Under the pieces are notes generated by a model. The model had not been told where the DNA came from. It did no database searches and saw only the letters and a list, made by a program, of their open reading frames with translations. The position numbers and the translations under genes were made by a program. DNA of 64,000 nucleotides, taken from NCBI GenBank assembly GCA_016699105.1, contig CP064960.1, positions 8,727-72,726 on the forward strand. Reading direction: 5' to 3'. Shown piece after piece: positions 20,608 through 30,619 of this stretch (the stretch's first letter is position 1; each line of letters opens with the position of its first letter). Source of the DNA: a bacterium (GTDB lineage: Bacteria > Patescibacteriota > Saccharimonadia > UBA4664).

Positions 20608-21345
20608 TTATTCTTCTGGTTTGATTAATAGTCGTTTGGTGCGAGCAAATTTCCAAAGATGCAAGGGAGCTATGATACGTAAACGATTCCGGGCAGCCCG
20701 TAAGTCGATGGTGGCTAAATGTGTCGTCTTGCCATCGGGCGTGATTCCTTTACCAATTTCGGTAACTGGGAGCCATAGTTGATAGCGCAAACCCTTCATA
20801 AGGATGGGTGTTGTCACAAAATACCAACGCAAAATGGCCGGATGTGCGAGCTCAGACCGACCATAGACGAGCCGATATATGTTCGTGAGTATGCGTTTGA
20901 GCATTAGTTTATTCTTGCCGATATAATCCATATCAATAATCAGCCGGGAAATATCGGCGGCACCGTCGCTGGGATAGTCAGTGCCATGGTGCAATAAATC
21001 GCTAAAATATTTTCTAGTCATAGTACTTGATGGCACATCATCCGGTGTGAGACGGCAGTACCCAATAATGACATCTCCTTGAAATGCCCCGAAATGATAA
21101 GAATATTCATCAAATTCGTCAGATTCTGTTTGAGTATCAGGATTTCCATCAATCCAATGCATTTTTTGTACACAGATGCGATAGCGGAATTCATACGCGA
21201 GTCGGAAGTCGGCTGGTGTGTTGAGCTCTCGGTAATTTATCTCATTTTCGACGAAGCCGATAATTTCGGCTGACGGATCCAAGGTTCCGGTCGGTAGTGC
21301 AATCATGAGCTTAATATTGACACCTAGACATATATGTGTCAACAT
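20608..21345 (-). CDS. OlsB/FeeM-like N-acyltransferase (acyl-amino-acid synthase family, LuxI-like fold)
   Basis: 245 aa; N-terminal FRLAYEFRYRICVQKMHWI resembles the LuxI/OlsB acyltransferase N-motif. Divergently paired with a PlsC-type O-acyltransferase. Confidence 0.35.
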   Translation of the reverse strand: MLTHICLGVNIKLMIALPTGTLDPSAEIIGFVENEINYRELNTPADFRLAYEFRYRICVQKMHWIDGNPDTQTESDEFDEYSYHFGAFQGDVIIGYCRLTPDDVPSSTMTRKYFSDLLHHGTDYPSDGAADISRLIIDMDYIGKNKLMLKRILTNIYRLVYGRSELAHPAILRWYFVTTPILMKGLRYQLWLPVTEIGKGITPDGKTTHLATIDLRAARNRLRIIAPLHLWKFARTKRLLIKPEE

Positions 21346-21371
21346 GTTCTTAGAAGCTTTTTATTACTTAT

Positions 21372-22037
21372 ATGCAAGCGCTCGACACAGTCAATACCGG
21401 ATCGCGCTCTAGCTGGCTCGAAAAAAAATATTCACAGCGAGTCATTTTTGCGTGGCAACGCGTTATATTCTGGACTTTTTACACACTAGGACCGATTTGG
21501 CGACGAAGCTTGGTCAACGAACTGACTGAAGCTGATGTGGTACACGGTACCCGCTATGTGGTAGCTGGAAACCACCAACGGGCGATCGACCCATTTTATA
21601 TCTGTACCCAAATCCCCTATCGGATCTGGAGACATATGGGTTCCCTCAATTACTTTACGGCCAATAAGTTCATGGACACTCCCGTGATCGGAAAAGCATT
21701 GCTCCGGTTTGGCTGTTTTCCAGCTAAAATTCATCATAAGTACCCGTTTGGCCTCGACTATGCCCATAAAATGCTTGGTCGTGGCAATACTATCTTGATC
21801 TTTCCTGAGGGCAAACGTACCCGACGCGGCGAAACTGAGGCTCGCAAGGGCGTTCAAGTGTTGGCTCATGAACCAAATGTCATGGTGATTCCAGCCCACA
21901 TCGAGTGGACGAAACGCTGGTTTGGCTATACCTTCAAGCTTGGAATTGGCAAACCATTTGATGCCAGCGCCATGACTGCCCAAGAAATACTGGACCGGGT
22001 GTACGCTCAACCTGTCGATCGTGTTGGTCATAAATAA
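21372..22037 (+). CDS. Lysophospholipid acyltransferase (PlsC/LPLAT family; OlsA-like)
   Basis: AGNHQRAIDP (H-x4-D catalytic motif) and FPEGKRTRRGE (FPEGTR motif). Confidence 0.65.
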   Translation: MQALDTVNTGSRSSWLEKKYSQRVIFAWQRVIFWTFYTLGPIWRRSLVNELTEADVVHGTRYVVAGNHQRAIDPFYICTQIPYRIWRHMGSLNYFTANKFMDTPVIGKALLRFGCFPAKIHHKYPFGLDYAHKMLGRGNTILIFPEGKRTRRGETEARKGVQVLAHEPNVMVIPAHIEWTKRWFGYTFKLGIGKPFDASAMTAQEILDRVYAQPVDRVGHK

Positions 22038-22314
22038 CATTATATCTTGCGATTTTAAGTAACTTTTAGTACACTTTTCTTGACTGGACTAAATTATTGT
22101 TGTATTTCAAGAATTCTGAACTCACTAAAACCTATAAAGTCGCTCTCAATACCGTACTTAATTGGATTAAGGCGGCTCAAAACGGCAAGCTTGATATAGA
22201 GCTCGTAAAAAAAGGCGAGCGTTTTTCATTGCCAATACGGCGCGAAATATTAATGCTCTCAATGATTTAGCAATTAGTCGTAAGAAATATCGCAATAGCC
22301 GTACGGCGCGTCGA

Positions 22315-23328
22315 GTGGTGCCTCATGATCATTTCTATGAGGTATATAGCGAGTCGGAGATTTTAGATATAGTGGCAACACTTGATGTGCGTCGAGAAGT
22401 ACCTCGTGCTTATAACTATTTTGATGATGGAGCGCATTATTGGGATAAATATGCCCATGAGCTTGAAGCTCAAGACACACCAAATATCATGAACCGCACC
22501 CGCTCACTGTTAGACGCTAATCAAGGTTACATAGATACACTCATTAAACCATTTCATCGTGTCAATGTTATTGATATTGGGGTCGGAAATGCACTTCCAG
22601 TTCGATCATTTCTCGGTAACCTCTTGTCGAGCGGTAAGTTAGGTCGCTATTTGGCTTTAGATATCAGTCCCGGTATGCTCGAAATTGCGGAACAAAATAT
22701 CAAGTCTTGGTTTGACGATAAGATAAATTTTGAAGGCCATAAAATAGATATTACACACGAACGGTTTGGTAATTTTCTGGCCAATGAGTATCTCAACAAC
22801 CAGTCAGAATCAACTATCAATTTGATTTTATTTTTAGGCGGGACATTGGGCAATTTACGAGCGCCTGCCGACACGCTTGCCGTTATTGCTAATAGCATGG
22901 GTCGCGCGGACATGCTCTTGATGTCGCAAAAACTTGATTCAACACGTACGCGTCACTATTTTGATTTCAATACTTCGCCGAATAACCCTTCATTAGCGCC
23001 AATACACCGATTTGTATTTGATATGTTGAATATTGATGAGTCATTATATCGAGTAGAAATGGGCTTTCATCCAGAACACCATGCTCGATACATTCGAGTA
23101 CATTTAATCGTTTCGTTGCAGATTGAATTCCGGTTAGCAGACGGAATCCGATTAATATCCCTGGAAAAGGGAGACTCCATTTTATTGTGGTATTTCTGGC
23201 AACAAACTTTACCGGAAGTATCTGATCAACTGATCAAAGGCGGCTTTTACCCGATTCACCTTAGTCAGTCGCCAGATAAAGAATATCTCCTGAGTATTGC
23301 GCGATTAGACTCAAGTCTGACTTTTTAA
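22315..23328 (+). CDS. EgtD-like SAM-dependent N-methyltransferase (Methyltransf_33-type)
   Basis: VIDIGVGNALPVRSF...LALDISPGMLEIAEQN and FLGGTLGNL match the EgtD family glycine-rich and FLGSxIGNF motifs. Confidence 0.45.
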   Translation: MVPHDHFYEVYSESEILDIVATLDVRREVPRAYNYFDDGAHYWDKYAHELEAQDTPNIMNRTRSLLDANQGYIDTLIKPFHRVNVIDIGVGNALPVRSFLGNLLSSGKLGRYLALDISPGMLEIAEQNIKSWFDDKINFEGHKIDITHERFGNFLANEYLNNQSESTINLILFLGGTLGNLRAPADTLAVIANSMGRADMLLMSQKLDSTRTRHYFDFNTSPNNPSLAPIHRFVFDMLNIDESLYRVEMGFHPEHHARYIRVHLIVSLQIEFRLADGIRLISLEKGDSILLWYFWQQTLPEVSDQLIKGGFYPIHLSQSPDKEYLLSIARLDSSLTF

Positions 23329-23615
23329 TACTGTCTCGAATATTTCTCTATACATCGTAACTACAGCCAGAGATTCTGAAGCAATTTAGTGTTGCATGTG
23401 CGTACAAAAAGTCATATGATGAATAAAGAAAGTTCATCATTTGCCAAAACTGTCACACTAATCTAACAAAGGATTAATTTTCATGGCACTGTAAATCAAT
23501 ACCAACTACCCTTTTTAAAAGGACTGATATACTTGCTTGTTACGCGGGACGCCAGCTTTTTGGCACCGCGTTTTATATTGCCACTTGCATCTGGCGCAAG
23601 TGGAGACGTACACTC

Positions 23616-24005
23616 TTGAGTATGAGTACCAAGATCAAGATAGCCATCATTGAAGATGATGCTTCAATCGTCCAAATGTATCAGACCAAGTTTGAAGCCG
23701 AAGGGTATGAAGTGAAAACCGCAGGCGACGGTGTGGCTGGTTTGCAGCTATTACAGGACTTCGCCCCTGATGTTGTTTTGCTCGATTTGATGATGCCAAA
23801 CATGAACGGGCTGGATATGTTGAGTAAATTACGCAATGCCCCAGGCGGGCGGGAAGTGCGTGTCATTGTATTAACTAATATGGGCGACACAGAAACAGCT
23901 ACCAAAGTGTATAAGATGGCTGCCGATGATTATATCGTCAAAGCCGAGATGACCCCTTCGGAAGTATTAGGGCGGGTCAAAGATTTGTTGGCAAAGACAA
24001 GATAG
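23616..24005 (+). CDS. Single-domain response regulator (CheY-like), paralogue of 18023..18460
   Basis: IAIIEDD...VVLLDLMMPNMNGLDML...YIVKAEMTPSEV. Confidence 0.75.
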   Translation: MSMSTKIKIAIIEDDASIVQMYQTKFEAEGYEVKTAGDGVAGLQLLQDFAPDVVLLDLMMPNMNGLDMLSKLRNAPGGREVRVIVLTNMGDTETATKVYKMAADDYIVKAEMTPSEVLGRVKDLLAKTR

Positions 24006-24078
24006 TCAGATTATAAGAAAATTGAGGGCTACCGGCGGTACACTTTTAAAGTGTACCGCCGGTAGTTGATTGTGCCCG

Positions 24079-24819
24079 TTACCGATTGACCCAAGAGTCA
24101 TCTGTTTTGCCAAGTTCGAACGTGCGTGACTTGGCACCCGGCTTGTCGGGTACTACACAGGAGCGAGATGAGACATGTCCACCAAATATCTCTACGCACT
24201 CGATCCTGGTTACGTCAGCTGCCCAGACTTTCCCCGATGTACGATTCTTGACTGGCTCACCAGCAGAATCGAGAAGTACTATGATCACGTTTCTGCCTTC
24301 GCCGGTTAAGCCGGCTACTTGACACGTCTGGGTGCGATCAACATTTCCATTCTGGCGGCGGTCATAGCTATGATAGTAGCCAATGCCCGGGTCTTCGCCA
24401 CCTCGACTGGACACCAATTTCTGACATTCGGAGGCAGTAACTCCACTCGGCCATTCATCGGCGATTGAACTCCAGATCGCGGCGCCGATTAGTGCAACGA
24501 CGAGTATGAAAATTGCGTTTACTGCTCCCAGTGGACCTAAAATTGACTTTTCGACCACCCAGCTGAAACCGCGCCACACCAAGCTGAGGAGGGAAAAGAT
24601 GAGATGCAGCAAGAAACGTGGGAGTTTGAGGAGAAGCTGAGGTATGTTTCGGATAAACCGGATGAACATCCGGGGCGACTGTCGCAAGAAGTAACGAAGT
24701 CGACTCCTGAGCCAGCGGCCTAACCGCATAATCCGACGCATGATACTGCGCCCGGTCAGGAGTGCGATTGCTCGGATACTGTCCCGAATGATTCTGATCC
24801 AGCGCATTCTAGCCTCCAT
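24079..24819 (-). CDS. Membrane protein with periodic Arg-rich N-terminus
   Basis: About 70 N-terminal residues with I/L-R-x-x periodicity (IRIIRDSIRAIALLTGRSIMRRIMRLGRWLRSRLRYFLRQSPRMFIRFIRNI), then two TM segments and a C-terminal soluble domain. Confidence 0.35.
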   Translation of the reverse strand: MEARMRWIRIIRDSIRAIALLTGRSIMRRIMRLGRWLRSRLRYFLRQSPRMFIRFIRNIPQLLLKLPRFLLHLIFSLLSLVWRGFSWVVEKSILGPLGAVNAIFILVVALIGAAIWSSIADEWPSGVTASECQKLVSSRGGEDPGIGYYHSYDRRQNGNVDRTQTCQVAGLTGEGRNVIIVLLDSAGEPVKNRTSGKVWAADVTRIECVEIFGGHVSSRSCVVPDKPGAKSRTFELGKTDDSWVNR

Positions 24820-24880
24820 ATCAGGCTCGATGTAAGGTACGTGCGGACTACGATACTATATCATTTTTTTAACATTTTGT

Positions 24881-25654
24881 CTAGCTTTGTCGTCTTTGAC
24901 TTGCAATAAGCAAATTATCAAAGAGGCAGGCTACCGTCATGGGACCGACCCCGCCGGGATTAGGCGTGAGTATCAGATCAGAACGATCATACACAGCTGG
25001 CTCAAATTCGGGGGCTGGCGAGCCTGCGTCCACGACCACGGCGCCGGTTTTAATCATATGAGTTGTTATGAGATGAGCTTGGCCAGTAGCGCTAAAAAGC
25101 ATATCGGCATCACCAAGTACATTTGCTAAATCAATCGTACGAATGTCACATCGCAAGACATTATGCCCTGCGGCTTCAAGCCTATCGGCAAGCGGTTTAC
25201 CAATAAGACGTCCTTGGCCGACAACTGCGATCTTGCCCTGTACTGGTACGTCATAGGCAGCTAAAAGCCACAATACAGCCTTGGGAGTAGTGGCCTCAAA
25301 CGGTGAATTGTGACCCAGACCATCGACATCTTTAGAAGCGGGTACTGCAGCTAGTGCTTGATTGGTTAAATCATCGTCAGGTAGTGGCAATTGAACAATT
25401 ATACCCGTAACAGCGGGATCGTCGCCGAGACTTTTTATACGTCTAATAATGTCAGCTGGGGCTTCGGAATAGACATCTACTTTAGCTCCAATGGCTGCAC
25501 CATAGATAGATTTGGCGCGGAGATATTTGTCGGCGGCGATATTGTCTTGTGAACGTATTATTGCTAAACGTGGTGGAACCGTCATTCCGGCAACCAAACT
25601 GGCATGTCGATTTTGTAAGAATAGGGCGAGCTCGCGCCCGTTGAGGAGTTTCAT
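24881..25654 (-). CDS. folD: Bifunctional 5,10-methylene-tetrahydrofolate dehydrogenase/cyclohydrolase
   Basis: Full-length FolD similarity (GIIVQLPLP, PGGVGPMTVA). Confidence 0.85.
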   Translation of the reverse strand: MKLLNGRELALFLQNRHASLVAGMTVPPRLAIIRSQDNIAADKYLRAKSIYGAAIGAKVDVYSEAPADIIRRIKSLGDDPAVTGIIVQLPLPDDDLTNQALAAVPASKDVDGLGHNSPFEATTPKAVLWLLAAYDVPVQGKIAVVGQGRLIGKPLADRLEAAGHNVLRCDIRTIDLANVLGDADMLFSATGQAHLITTHMIKTGAVVVDAGSPAPEFEPAVYDRSDLILTPNPGGVGPMTVACLFDNLLIASQRRQS

Positions 25655-26316
25655 AGCTGGTGAATAGTATACCGTATTTTAATAAAGCAGATACCCGCTG
25701 CCGAATAGATCTGCAGCGGGTATTTCGTGGTTGGGTGGCCCCCGGGCAATTCGTGACAACCTAGGATTGTCTCAAATTGACCCAGAGGGCCACCTTAATG
25801 CGATCCACATCTACATGAGCGCTCGTGTAGAGGCGGAACTTTGTCCCACAGTTGCGACGACAGTGTTCTGCGGTCGCAGCTGCGGGGGCGGAGGGGGCCG
25901 CCCATCAGATGAGTCGCGCGCGTGTTTGCAACATTCGGTTGCGACGTCTCGCGCTGCGTTAAGCACCTGGTGGGCGGCCGGCATGTTCAGGACTGCAGTC
26001 ATGTTGATGCCCAGACGGGCGGTCATAGTTCCACGTAGTGGCTCTATTTGGTGACTTGTGCGCCACTCAATGACCGTTTCGGCCGAAACATCTCGACGAG
26101 TCCTAAACAAAAGTATTAAGGCTTGCGCCCCTATTTTAACACCCCCTAAATTGCAGGGGGTCGTCAGGGCATAATCGTGAGTCTATCGACTCAGCAAATC
26201 ATCAGGAATCTGACGACTTTCGATTATGCTCCGACTAAAACCGAACGGAAAATCCGAACGGCACTTTGCATTATTGCACTGTTTAACATAATTGTCAATA
26301 GTTTTATGTCAATAAT

Positions 26317-26346
26317 TGCACCGCTCGGCCACTCCAGAGTATAATC
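26317..26346 (+). promoter_or_regulatory. Candidate sigma70-type promoter of cydAB (-35 TTGCAC, 18-nt spacer, -10 TATAAT)
   Basis: Read in sequence 43 nt upstream of cydA ATG. Preceded by direct repeats ttgtcaata/atgtcaata and attattgcac/aataattgcac. Confidence 0.35.
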
Positions 26347-26388
26347 ATAAGCGTAATAATATGAGTCTTGGAGGCTCAACTAGACACC

Positions 26389-27696
26389 ATGGACACCCTT
26401 ACACAAACAGCGTTTGGTCGTGCCTTGATCGGCGACTCGCTGATGTTCCACCTATTATTTATTACGTTTGGCGTTGGCATGCCGCTCCTTATCGGGCTAC
26501 TAGAATACATGGCCATCAAGACGGGTGACGCTAAGTGGCGCCATACGGCGCGGTCGTGGTCAAAGGTATTTATACTCCTGTTCATCACCGGTGCCATATC
26601 CGGGACGATGATTGCGGTACAACTGGGAGTGGTGTGGCCGCAATTTATGGCCATTGCCGGTCCGGTAATGGGCTTTGCTTTCTTCTCCGAGGGACTGGCT
26701 TTTTATGTAGAGGCAGCTTTCTTGGGCTTGTATATGCTGACATGGGATCGACTCAAGGGTTGGGCGCATTTGGGTCTACTCATACCAGTAGGAGTGGCGG
26801 CGGCGGCTTCGGCGTTCTTGATCACCAGTGTCAACGCCTGGATGAATGCGCCCCAGGGCTTCCGGATGGAAAATGGCTTGCCGGTTGATATTGAGCCCCT
26901 GGTGGCTATGTTTAACCCAGCTTTATTTACGACCTTTACCCATTCGATGGTCGGATATTATTTGACGGCGGCGGCGGCAGCAGCGGGCTATTACGCCTGG
27001 TGCTGGCTACGGCGACCAGCGGCGCGGACGAAACACCACAGCCAGGTGATGGGACTGATGCTTGGCGTTATGCTCGTCATGGGTGTACTCATGGGTGTTA
27101 CCGGCGACGCGTCTGCTAAATATATAGCCAAGTATGAGCCGGCGAAATTGGCGGCCGCTGAAGCGCTATTTACGACAACCGCCGGTGCGCCGTTGACCAT
27201 CGGTGGTTGGCTTGTCGATGGTGTTTGGCACGGTACTATTGCGATTCCGAATCTGTTGAGTTGGCTCGCGACCGGTAACATGAACGCGACAATCCAAGGA
27301 CTTGATCAAATCCCCCGTTCGGACTGGCCACCGTTGCAAATTCATTACTTCTTTGACGGCATGGTCGCTATTGGTATGGCACTCGTGGGACTCATTGTCC
27401 TGTATTGGCTACTGTACTGGAAGCGGCGCACGGCCACGACCAGCCGGCCAGTACTATGGGCATTGGTTGCTGCTGGGCCATTAGCTATGATCGCCATGCA
27501 GCTCGGCTGGCTCGTAACTGAAATTGGACGACAACCATATACCATCGCCGGAATACTACGGACTCAGGATGCGATTACGGCCTCACCGAGTGTAGTGCGG
27601 GCAGCGGTGGTCTTCCCAGTTTTGTATATAGTTATGCTAGTAGTGACATTATGGGTATTGGTGCGCATGCATCAGGGAAAGGAGCGAGTATCATGA
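26389..27696 (+). CDS. cydA: Cytochrome bd ubiquinol oxidase subunit I
   Basis: Typical CydA N-terminus and Q-loop region. ATG 26389 with ggagg RBS (ORF-track start 26368 is TTG). Confidence 0.85.
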   Translation: MDTLTQTAFGRALIGDSLMFHLLFITFGVGMPLLIGLLEYMAIKTGDAKWRHTARSWSKVFILLFITGAISGTMIAVQLGVVWPQFMAIAGPVMGFAFFSEGLAFYVEAAFLGLYMLTWDRLKGWAHLGLLIPVGVAAAASAFLITSVNAWMNAPQGFRMENGLPVDIEPLVAMFNPALFTTFTHSMVGYYLTAAAAAAGYYAWCWLRRPAARTKHHSQVMGLMLGVMLVMGVLMGVTGDASAKYIAKYEPAKLAAAEALFTTTAGAPLTIGGWLVDGVWHGTIAIPNLLSWLATGNMNATIQGLDQIPRSDWPPLQIHYFFDGMVAIGMALVGLIVLYWLLYWKRRTATTSRPVLWALVAAGPLAMIAMQLGWLVTEIGRQPYTIAGILRTQDAITASPSVVRAAVVFPVLYIVMLVVTLWVLVRMHQGKERVS

Positions 27697-28628
27697 CAGC
27701 TGATTATCAAACTGCAGCCGTGGCCATGGCTGGTATTCCCTTGGCCTTTGCGATATTGTATAGCATCTTTGGAGGTATCGAATTTGGTCTGCCACTGGCG
27801 GCTTTGACTCATGACAAAGCGGGTGCTGCACGTGGCCGCCGTTACTTCTCCCCCATCTGGGAAAGTACCAATGTGTTCTTAGTTGGCGTGGTGGCGGCAG
27901 TGATGACTATCTTTGGCGCTGGTCTGCCCATTTTGAGCTCATTACTTCAACCATTATGGCTACTGGCAGCCGGCGCTTTGGCTGTACGGGGCGCACTCAT
28001 CGTCGGTGTGTTTTACGGCGGCTGGACCAATTGGACGGCTCGGGTACTGTTGGCAGTGGTAAGTCTGGCGATTCCGGCGGTACTGATTCAAAACAGTACC
28101 ATTATGCTCACGGGCGACGGCGATCTCCTCAATCATCTGGGTATGGTAGTAGCGCTTGGAACACTGGCGATTAGTTTGGCCGTAGCTCTATGGGCGGGAT
28201 ACTTTTATACACCCGGTAAAACCACGCGCGACCTGGCTCGCTTAGGCTTTTGGCTGGCAATCATGCTGTCGTGGTTTACGTTGCCGTTGGCAATTGCCCT
28301 GGATGGCAGTGTCTTGTCCGACGGTCGCAATGTCTTGAGTGTCATGTGGCCCGTGTATGGATTGAGCTTGTTGGCGGTGCTGACCTTGGCCAGTGAATGG
28401 CGCCGACGTTACTGGGTAGCAAGCGCAGTACTGACAGCCGGAGTAGCTATCACGCTTTTTGTGGCGCAAATGCCATACTTAGTCCGTCCAACGGTGCTTT
28501 TAACAGATATGGTGACGAATGGTTTCTCGCAAATTTGGATTGCTACAGCTTTTGGTTTAGCGGTGGTCGTAGTTGTACCGGTATTATTCGTACTCCACCG
28601 GTTGGTAGCCACCGACTCCCGTCACTAA
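27693..28628 (+). CDS. cydB: Cytochrome bd ubiquinol oxidase subunit II
   Basis: Polytopic membrane ORF overlapping cydA stop (ATGA), aaggag RBS. Confidence 0.75.
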   Translation: MTADYQTAAVAMAGIPLAFAILYSIFGGIEFGLPLAALTHDKAGAARGRRYFSPIWESTNVFLVGVVAAVMTIFGAGLPILSSLLQPLWLLAAGALAVRGALIVGVFYGGWTNWTARVLLAVVSLAIPAVLIQNSTIMLTGDGDLLNHLGMVVALGTLAISLAVALWAGYFYTPGKTTRDLARLGFWLAIMLSWFTLPLAIALDGSVLSDGRNVLSVMWPVYGLSLLAVLTLASEWRRRYWVASAVLTAGVAITLFVAQMPYLVRPTVLLTDMVTNGFSQIWIATAFGLAVVVVVPVLFVLHRLVATDSRH

Positions 28629-29484
28629 AGCGCTTGTAGTTGCTCGATAGCTGTTTGAGCTTGAGCGGTCTGTTCGCTGACGTCGCCGTGAACCATATTG
28701 ATCTGCCAGGCCAGCTGAGCCAATATTTTGTGGACAGCGTAAATGAATATCGCAGGTTTCGTAGAAATGGCCAGGAGTTGTTGCATGACCAGGTCACGCG
28801 CTTCGGGCACATTGATTACCGAATACCATAAGCCCACCAGATCGATCGAGCGATCGCCGTAACCGGCTTGATCCCAATCAAGCACTCCGGATACTTGGTC
28901 ATTAGTGAAAAGATTTGGCTCAAGTTGAAATTGCCGTGAACGAGGTCGGTTTTGGGTAACACAGTGCCTTGTAAACCGGCGACCAAGCCCTCGGCGGCCG
29001 TGACAATGGCGGATGTGGCGGGTGAAAACTGCATAAGTGCCCGGACATTACCAGATTCGCCGCGGAAGACGACGTCAGATATATACCAGACCCAATCTTG
29101 GCCGTGGACCTCGGAAATAACTTGGCCGCCTTGGATTTCCACTAGTTGCAAAATATTTTTAATTTGATTGGTGGTTGGCGAACCAATGACCGGACCGCCA
29201 CCAAGCTCCGTTTCGAGCCAAAATGAACCAGAATCGGCGGCTCCAATATAGGTGTATGTCGGTACGGGATAACCGAGTGGCCGTAAATGATTGGTGGCTG
29301 CTTGGCCACGTTTGACCTGGTCGGCCCAGCGCGGATTGCGGCTTATCTTGAGAATAGCGGCCTGTCCGTGGGTGTCAGTGACCCGGTAGGCACCTTGATC
29401 TTCACCTCCCGCTAAGCGACCGACCAACGTGTACTGGTTGGCTTGGTCGGCGTTGATGAGATCGATGGCTGATTCGGGACCCAT
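28625..29484 (-). CDS. Aminoglycoside-phosphotransferase-family kinase, frameshift near 28820-28885
   Basis: LDWDQAGYGDRSIDL (APH D-x-x-G-D motif) in the downstream frame; kinase N-lobe in ORF 28816..29484. Confidence 0.45.
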
Positions 29485-29490
29485 ATATGG

Positions 29491-30619
29491 TTAGTTTAAC
29501 ATAAGCGAGTTACTGCCGACGGCGTCGCTGATATTTTCGTAGCCATCGCAGTCAAGAAATTTTATAAGATCGGCGTTGATCTGACCAATGAGCTGTGGAC
29601 CCTGAAAAATAAGCCCAGTTATAAGCTCTACCAGGTTGGCGCCCAATGTAATTTTGGTATAGGCATCTTCGGCTGAAAAAACGCCGCCGACACCGATAAT
29701 AACAAACCGGTCACCAAAATGCCGCTTCGTATGGCCGATAAGCTGGTTTGACCGGGCTAAGGTTGGCCGCCCGCTAAGTTTACCAGGGATGGTTATTGGT
29801 ATTGGCTGCGAGAGTTTTACTTGATCCCGATACGCTAGATTGGCGATAGTCAAACCTGCAACTTGATGGTTGGCGGCCACTTCAGCCAGCTGGCAGAACT
29901 CAGGCCAATCGAGATGATTGGGCATTTTGACAATTAACGGGATGGTCAAATTGAGGGTGTCAGTGGCGCTCAGCAAAGCTTCTAACCGTTCCGGTGTCGT
30001 AAAGGGTTGACCACCAAACGTGTTGGGGCAAGAAATATTGAGCGTAACCAGCTGCGCGACACCCGACTTTTGGATGAGCTTGAGGCTCCCGAGGTAATCA
30101 GCGATGGCCGCATCGGTTGAGCAGGCTTGGGCAGAATTGGTTTTGGCGACCGAGATGTTGAGAGGGAAATTTGGTAGCACAGTCTGAGCTTGGAGCCGGG
30201 CTACTATGCGCTCAGCACCCTGATTAGCCAGCCCCGCATTGACCACCAAACTACCATCGGCGGGTAAACGATGGAACCAAGGCTTGGGGTTGCCGGCACA
30301 GGGCTCGAAGGTGATTGAGCCACCCTCCATAAAGCCAAAACCGACCGAGCGCATTAGGGGCGCCAGCTCGAAGTTTTTATCGAGACCAGCAGATAAACCG
30401 ATGGGATTGGCAAATTGGAGCCCAAATACTGTCTGGGACAGCCGGGGTTTCGGTAAGCCCAAGCCCAGTGCAGCGTAGACCGTATTGGGTCAGCCGCTGT
30501 ACGAATTTGCCGGTGGCTACCATGTGATCATGAACGTCGTCGGGTGGCTGACGAAATAATAACGGTTTGGCAACATGTTTATAGCCGGCGGCGGTCAGAC
30601 GAGAGATTGCTGGTATCAC
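29491..30619 (-). CDS. pyrD: Dihydroorotate dehydrogenase (quinone), class 2, frameshift near 30380-30460
   Basis: FANPIGLSAGLDKN, NISCPNT, GVGGV motifs. N-terminal membrane-association segment lies in a second frame (ORF 30377..30619). Confidence 0.8.

Noticed and set aside
21486-22040. 184-aa ORF antisense to the PlsC-type acyltransferase
   Set aside because: Fully embedded antisense to a gene with strong catalytic motifs; no protein-like features.
25725-26110. RNase P RNA, tmRNA or SRP RNA in the GC-rich block
   Set aside because: No P4 (GGAAAGUCCGGGC / ACAGAANCCGGCUUA), no tRNA-like T-loop with tag ORF, and no SRP domain IV motif on either strand.
25731-26110. Protein-coding ORFs 25731..26054 (+) and 25811..26110 (-)
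   Set aside because: Overlapping antisense ORFs with Gly/Arg/Pro-rich, low-complexity translations in a GC-rich segment. These look like chance ORFs.
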